Source of the DNA: Candidatus Latescibacterota bacterium
GTDB taxonomy: Bacteria; Latescibacterota; UBA2968
Assembly: GCA_965205975.1 (NCBI GenBank)
Contig: OZ242195.1
Location: forward strand, 1,856,001 to 1,920,000
Direction of reading: 5' to 3'
DNA length: 64,000 bases
A model generated the notes under the pieces. It had not been told where the DNA came from, ran no database searches, and saw only the letters and a list, made by a program, of their open reading frames with translations. The translations under genes and the position numbers were made by a program. Positions within the stretch are counted from its first letter, which is position 1. Every line of letters begins with the position of its first letter. This document shows positions 60,122-64,000 of this stretch, one piece after another.

Positions 60122-61087
60122 CTACTCGGTTTGCCTCGGAGACCAGCGGGGTGCAGAGACCTCCATATCCACAGAAACTTCATGCAAATCTGTGCCATTG
60201 GCATTTATCATCATCAACCTGTGCTCCAGGCGGCCACCCTGTCTCTCAAGGGTTCGCCGCACTTCAAAAGCAATCCTTTGACCGTCGGGAGACCAGGTAG
60301 GAGAAAAAAAAGCCACTGTGGAACTCGCACCCAGAGTCAACCGGCGCACTGCAGTCCCGTCGGAATCCATAGTATAAATCTCGTATTCCGGAAACTGATC
60401 CCGCACAGGTGGTTGATGCCGATTTGACGCAAATGCAATGCGCGTTCCATCTGGCGACCAGGCCGGGTGAATATTCTGAACACCATTAAAATCCGTAAGC
60501 CTGATCCGGTTAGAACCATCTGAATCCATGAGAAAAATGTCGATATTGTTTCCTTGACGCGATTGAAAAGCAATCCTGCGCCCATCGGGTGACCAGTCCG
60601 GGGCTTCATCACTGCTGGGAAAATTTGTCAGATTTTGCAATCCTGTTCCATCGAGGTTGACCGTGTAGATATCCCATCTATTCCTATTATCCTTCCTCGC
60701 CTGAAAAGCGATCTTTCCACCATCGGGAGACCAGACTGGCCCGAGATCGGGACCGGGCAAATCAACCACCTTCTGTATGCTCCTGTCCTCCAGATTAAAA
60801 ATATAAATATCGAAATTTCCCACGGCATCCCGGTTTGAAGCAAATGCAATGCGCCGCGCATTCGGAGACCAGGAGGGATTGGTATAGCCTCCCTGCTCGC
60901 TCGTAAGCCTCATCAAACCTTCGCCATCGGGACGCATCAAAAAAATTTTGAATGTCCTGAAATCTCCCGGTCCCACAAACGCAATGCGGCCTTCAACAGT
61001 TGAATAATCGGAATCCAGCAGACCGGTGTTTCCAGCACAATGAAGCAGAGGAAAAAACAGAAGATACAATATCCACTGGTTCCTCAC
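60122..61087 (-). CDS. TolB-like PD40-repeat protein
   Basis: Repeated P.WSPDG..IAF motifs; probable lipobox LLHC. Confidence 0.88.
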   Translation of the reverse strand: MRNQWILYLLFFPLLHCAGNTGLLDSDYSTVEGRIAFVGPGDFRTFKIFLMRPDGEGLMRLTSEQGGYTNPSWSPNARRIAFASNRDAVGNFDIYIFNLEDRSIQKVVDLPGPDLGPVWSPDGGKIAFQARKDNRNRWDIYTVNLDGTGLQNLTNFPSSDEAPDWSPDGRRIAFQSRQGNNIDIFLMDSDGSNRIRLTDFNGVQNIHPAWSPDGTRIAFASNRHQPPVRDQFPEYEIYTMDSDGTAVRRLTLGASSTVAFFSPTWSPDGQRIAFEVRRTLERQGGRLEHRLMMINANGTDLHEVSVDMEVSAPRWSPRQTE

Positions 61088-61102
61088 AGCACACCTCCTG
61101 CG

Positions 61103-62407
61103 CTATGCTGGCGCGCCATATACCAGAATCTTCCGTCGGTCGTAAATCAGCACCTCATCTCTGCCATCCCCATCTATGTCCAACACCATCGCGCCATATC
61201 CGATCCCATAATCGTACGCCCGAAATCCCCGGATGCGCTGTTTGGGCTGTTTGAAATCCTCTCGAAAGGGAAATTCCATCACCCGGTTGCCATCTCCATC
61301 CATCAAAAACGGCCAGTAAAGATGTGTGTCTTCTGGCTCGCTATCATAAGGCACATCCTCCTGTTGTTTCTTTAAAGCCGGGGCATAAATCACCAGATCC
61401 AGTCCGTCATCTCGCCAGCCGCGCACAGCATGTTGCGCGTATCCCACACCGGATTTTTGCCACAGTGCCTGTCCATCGGGCGTATAACACGTCATCCCAA
61501 TCCACTTTTCGTTCAAAATCATCGTCTGTCCATCTATATCACTGCGAAAACACCCCACCGTCGTATTCTGCGAATGCTCATGCGGGCGTCTCCATATCAT
61601 CTCGCCCTGCGTATTCGCCACAAAAAAATCCCTGCTACCCGAATACGCAATCTCAATCTCCCCATCCCCATTGAGATCTACCGGATTGATATTGTCCGCA
61701 TGCTCTTTCGTGGCATTTTCCACAGGGATCGACCACAACAAAGTCCCGTCGCTATCCACCAGATTATACCCGATCAACATCTCGTCACACCCATCGCCAT
61801 CCACATCGATCAACACCGGCGCATGGCCCGCCCCGTGATAATGCGGCGTCATCCACAATTCCGACAAATCGCTATCCAGAACATAAGTCGGATTGCCGTA
61901 TTCATAAGGCGAATAAGCACCATCATTGACTTTTACGACCAGTTGCTGCCGCGTCGGGTCGCCCTTCAAATTTCCTGCCTTCACCTGGGAAAAATTATCT
62001 GCTGGCAACTTCTTCTCTGCCTGAACCTCGCCCGTTTCCCCGTCAAAAACCGTCAGCACATCCCACACAATTGAAACCACCTCCGCCTTCCCATCGCCAT
62101 CCACATCAGCAGTAAGAAAATCATTGCCCCCATGCGCGCAGTACGGATCCGCCCCCCGATGCGGCTCGCCCACCTGCCACAGCTGATTGCCCTCCTGATC
62201 AATCGCCGTAATGCAGAACAAACGCCGTTCCTCATCCGTATTCCATCCCCGCTCAATGTAGAGATCCGACTTCAACTGCCCCGGACTCTGCCGCAACAAA
62301 AACTCCAGTTTTCCGTCCCCATTCACATCCGCCACAACCATCTGCCCGCCAATACCTTCTACATCCAGTTCCCACAGCAGCCGCGCATCTTTCTGTGCAT
62401 CACTCAT
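61103..62407 (-). CDS. FG-GAP/PL11-like beta-propeller protein
   Basis: DVNGDGKLE, DVDGDGKAE, GH..DVDGDGCDE, EHAD, GCFRSD. Confidence 0.7.
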   Translation of the reverse strand: MSDAQKDARLLWELDVEGIGGQMVVADVNGDGKLEFLLRQSPGQLKSDLYIERGWNTDEERRLFCITAIDQEGNQLWQVGEPHRGADPYCAHGGNDFLTADVDGDGKAEVVSIVWDVLTVFDGETGEVQAEKKLPADNFSQVKAGNLKGDPTRQQLVVKVNDGAYSPYEYGNPTYVLDSDLSELWMTPHYHGAGHAPVLIDVDGDGCDEMLIGYNLVDSDGTLLWSIPVENATKEHADNINPVDLNGDGEIEIAYSGSRDFFVANTQGEMIWRRPHEHSQNTTVGCFRSDIDGQTMILNEKWIGMTCYTPDGQALWQKSGVGYAQHAVRGWRDDGLDLVIYAPALKKQQEDVPYDSEPEDTHLYWPFLMDGDGNRVMEFPFREDFKQPKQRIRGFRAYDYGIGYGAMVLDIDGDGRDEVLIYDRRKILVYGAPA

Positions 62408-62469
62408 AGTTGGTCTCCTTATATCTTTGCATCCCTTGTCTGCGCTCTTATGTGGTTATCTCTTTTGAT

Positions 62470-62544
62470 GGGCGGGCACAGGGGCACCGCCCCTACATTT
62501 GATTTTGACTTTTCATCTGTGTCTATCTGCGTTCATCTGCGGAT
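62470..62544 (-). repeat. Composite GCAGAT triplet + GTAG-type REP hairpin
   Basis: Minus strand: atccgcagat-gaacgcagat-agacacagat-gaaaagtcaaaatcaaat-GTAGGGGCGGTGCCCCTGTGCCCGCCC. Confidence 0.9.
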
Positions 62545-63998
62545 GCGTTTTCTTCCACAACCACAACGCGGTCCACCCCAACATCTTCCAACACCTGCAC
62601 ACGCCCACTCACCCAACGCACCTCAATTCGATCCACGCGACGCGCATTGCCCAGCCCAAAATGAAGTCGCAAATCGCTCGCCGACAAATAGCTCGACTGA
62701 CTCCGAACCTCGCGCACCTGGATCTTTCCCCCCGCGCTCACGTGTACTACTGCCCCAATCCCATCCCTATTTGAAAACCCCTGTCTCGTCTCCTGAATAC
62801 CCCCCACCAGTTTTACAACGATCCAGTGTCCCGCGTCCCTACCCTCATTGCGAAACACCCGCGCTCGCTGTCCCGAATGCAGCACCACCAGATCCAGATC
62901 GCCATCCCCATCCAGATCGCCAATCGCCGACCCGCGACTTACCCCCGGTACTTCAACGCCCGCATTGACCATCTCAAATCGCCCGCCCATATTGCGAAGT
63001 ATCTGATCCCCCTGTAAATAGGACTCAGCCCTGGAAAACGCCTGTACATTCGGAAAAATATGTCCATTTGCCACAAACAGATCCAGATCGCCATCATTGT
63101 CATAATCTAAAAAATGGGTGCCAAATCCCAGAGGCAGAAGAGACACCCCCGCAATTCCGGTTGGCACACTTCCCTCCATAAAAAAACCACCCGCCATGCT
63201 CTGATAAATCGCATTGGTCTCATAAGAAAAATTCGTCACAAAAATATCCGACCGCCCATCCCCATCGATATCCCCTACATCAACCCCCATCCCCGCCTGC
63301 GTCCTCCCCTCTGCATTAAACGCCACGCCCGCCTCTATCCCCACATTTTCAAACCGTCCCCCCACGTTGCGATACAAAAAATTTGGCGTCGTATCATTTA
63401 CCACATAGAGATCGGTATCCCCATCCCCATCATAATCCAGACTCACCACCCCAAGCCCTTTGCCCGAAGGATCCGCCACACCTGCTTCAAAAGAAACATC
63501 CGTAAATAGTCCATTCCCCTCATTCCGATAAAGCAAATCCGGCGCACCCTCAAAATAGCCCGGATCGCAATACGTGCGAATGCCCATCCGCTCGCAATGC
63601 GGCTCGGTTTTCATATCATAAGTCAAATAGCGCACCACATACAAATCCAGATCGCCATCCCCATCCGCATCAAAAAAAGTGGCACCAGTAGACCACCCAC
63701 CGCCATCCACCCCCGCCTTTTTCTCCACAAAACCGCCACGACCATCATTTTGATACAGCACATTGGCATCATAACCCGTCGTATAAAGATCGAGATCGCC
63801 ATCATTGTCATAATCCCCAATCGTACACCCCATCCCATACCCCACACCAGGCGCGCCTGGAACAGCCGAAAAGCGAAACCCACCATCGTTCCGGTAAAGC
63901 GCGTTCTCACCCACCGCCTGCCCGTGTTCCCCATTGACAAAATACAAATCGAGATCGCCATCTCCATCCGCATCAAACACTGCACAGCCCGACCCCAT
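62523..63998 (-). CDS. CRTAC1-family FG-GAP/ASPIC-UnbV protein, 5' end probably outside the window
   Basis: DADGDGDLDL repeats, NRDGIGA..LHFGLG..VRWVSG. The stop codon lies inside the GCAGAT repeat. Confidence 0.92.
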   Translation of the reverse strand: MGSGCAVFDADGDGDLDLYFVNGEHGQAVGENALYRNDGGFRFSAVPGAPGVGYGMGCTIGDYDNDGDLDLYTTGYDANVLYQNDGRGGFVEKKAGVDGGGWSTGATFFDADGDGDLDLYVVRYLTYDMKTEPHCERMGIRTYCDPGYFEGAPDLLYRNEGNGLFTDVSFEAGVADPSGKGLGVVSLDYDGDGDTDLYVVNDTTPNFLYRNVGGRFENVGIEAGVAFNAEGRTQAGMGVDVGDIDGDGRSDIFVTNFSYETNAIYQSMAGGFFMEGSVPTGIAGVSLLPLGFGTHFLDYDNDGDLDLFVANGHIFPNVQAFSRAESYLQGDQILRNMGGRFEMVNAGVEVPGVSRGSAIGDLDGDGDLDLVVLHSGQRARVFRNEGRDAGHWIVVKLVGGIQETRQGFSNRDGIGAVVHVSAGGKIQVREVRSQSSYLSASDLRLHFGLGNARRVDRIEVRWVSGRVQVLEDVGVDRVVVVEENASADERR

Positions 63999-64000
63999 GG

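Noticed and set aside
44825..63985. Many + strand and alternative-frame ORFs overlapping the minus-strand genes
   Set aside because: Shadow ORFs of C-rich sequence with Pro/His/Arg-biased composition and no motifs.

Overview
Bacterial chromosomal window with two parts. (1) About 1.5-23.4 kb is a defence island built on a type I restriction-modification operon (half-size hsdS-like gene, hsdM, hsdS, hsdR, M48/YgjP-like peptidase). It is packed with cargo: a RhuM-family gene, an orphan antidote gene, a PIN toxin-antitoxin pair, a two-gene module (1356-aa HNH/TPR-like/double-PIN-like protein plus a 643-aa unknown), a TIR + membrane protein pair, hicBA and a Fic gene. An IS982-family element splits hsdS and an IS256-family element truncates the TIR gene. 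Many cargo junctions carry copies of a short 10-bp-periodic ATCCGCAGAT repeat, sometimes fused to a GTAG-type REP hairpin; these copies supply stop codons and ribosome-binding sites. A candidate 66-nt small RNA with its own promoter and terminator lies just downstream of hsdS. (2) About 23.4-64 kb is metabolic, transport and cell-surface backbone: sugar ABC transporter, symporter, dehydrogenases, RND pump, amidase, a LecA-like gene and several FG-GAP/ASPIC-UnbV proteins. The gene content (sulfatase, 'GFSDFL' dockerin/EF-hand tail, DUF6785-like protein) suggests a Latescibacterota/Poribacteria-like lineage, but this is inference only. No rRNA, tRNA or CRISPR array was seen. All family calls come from motif recognition by eye, not database searches.
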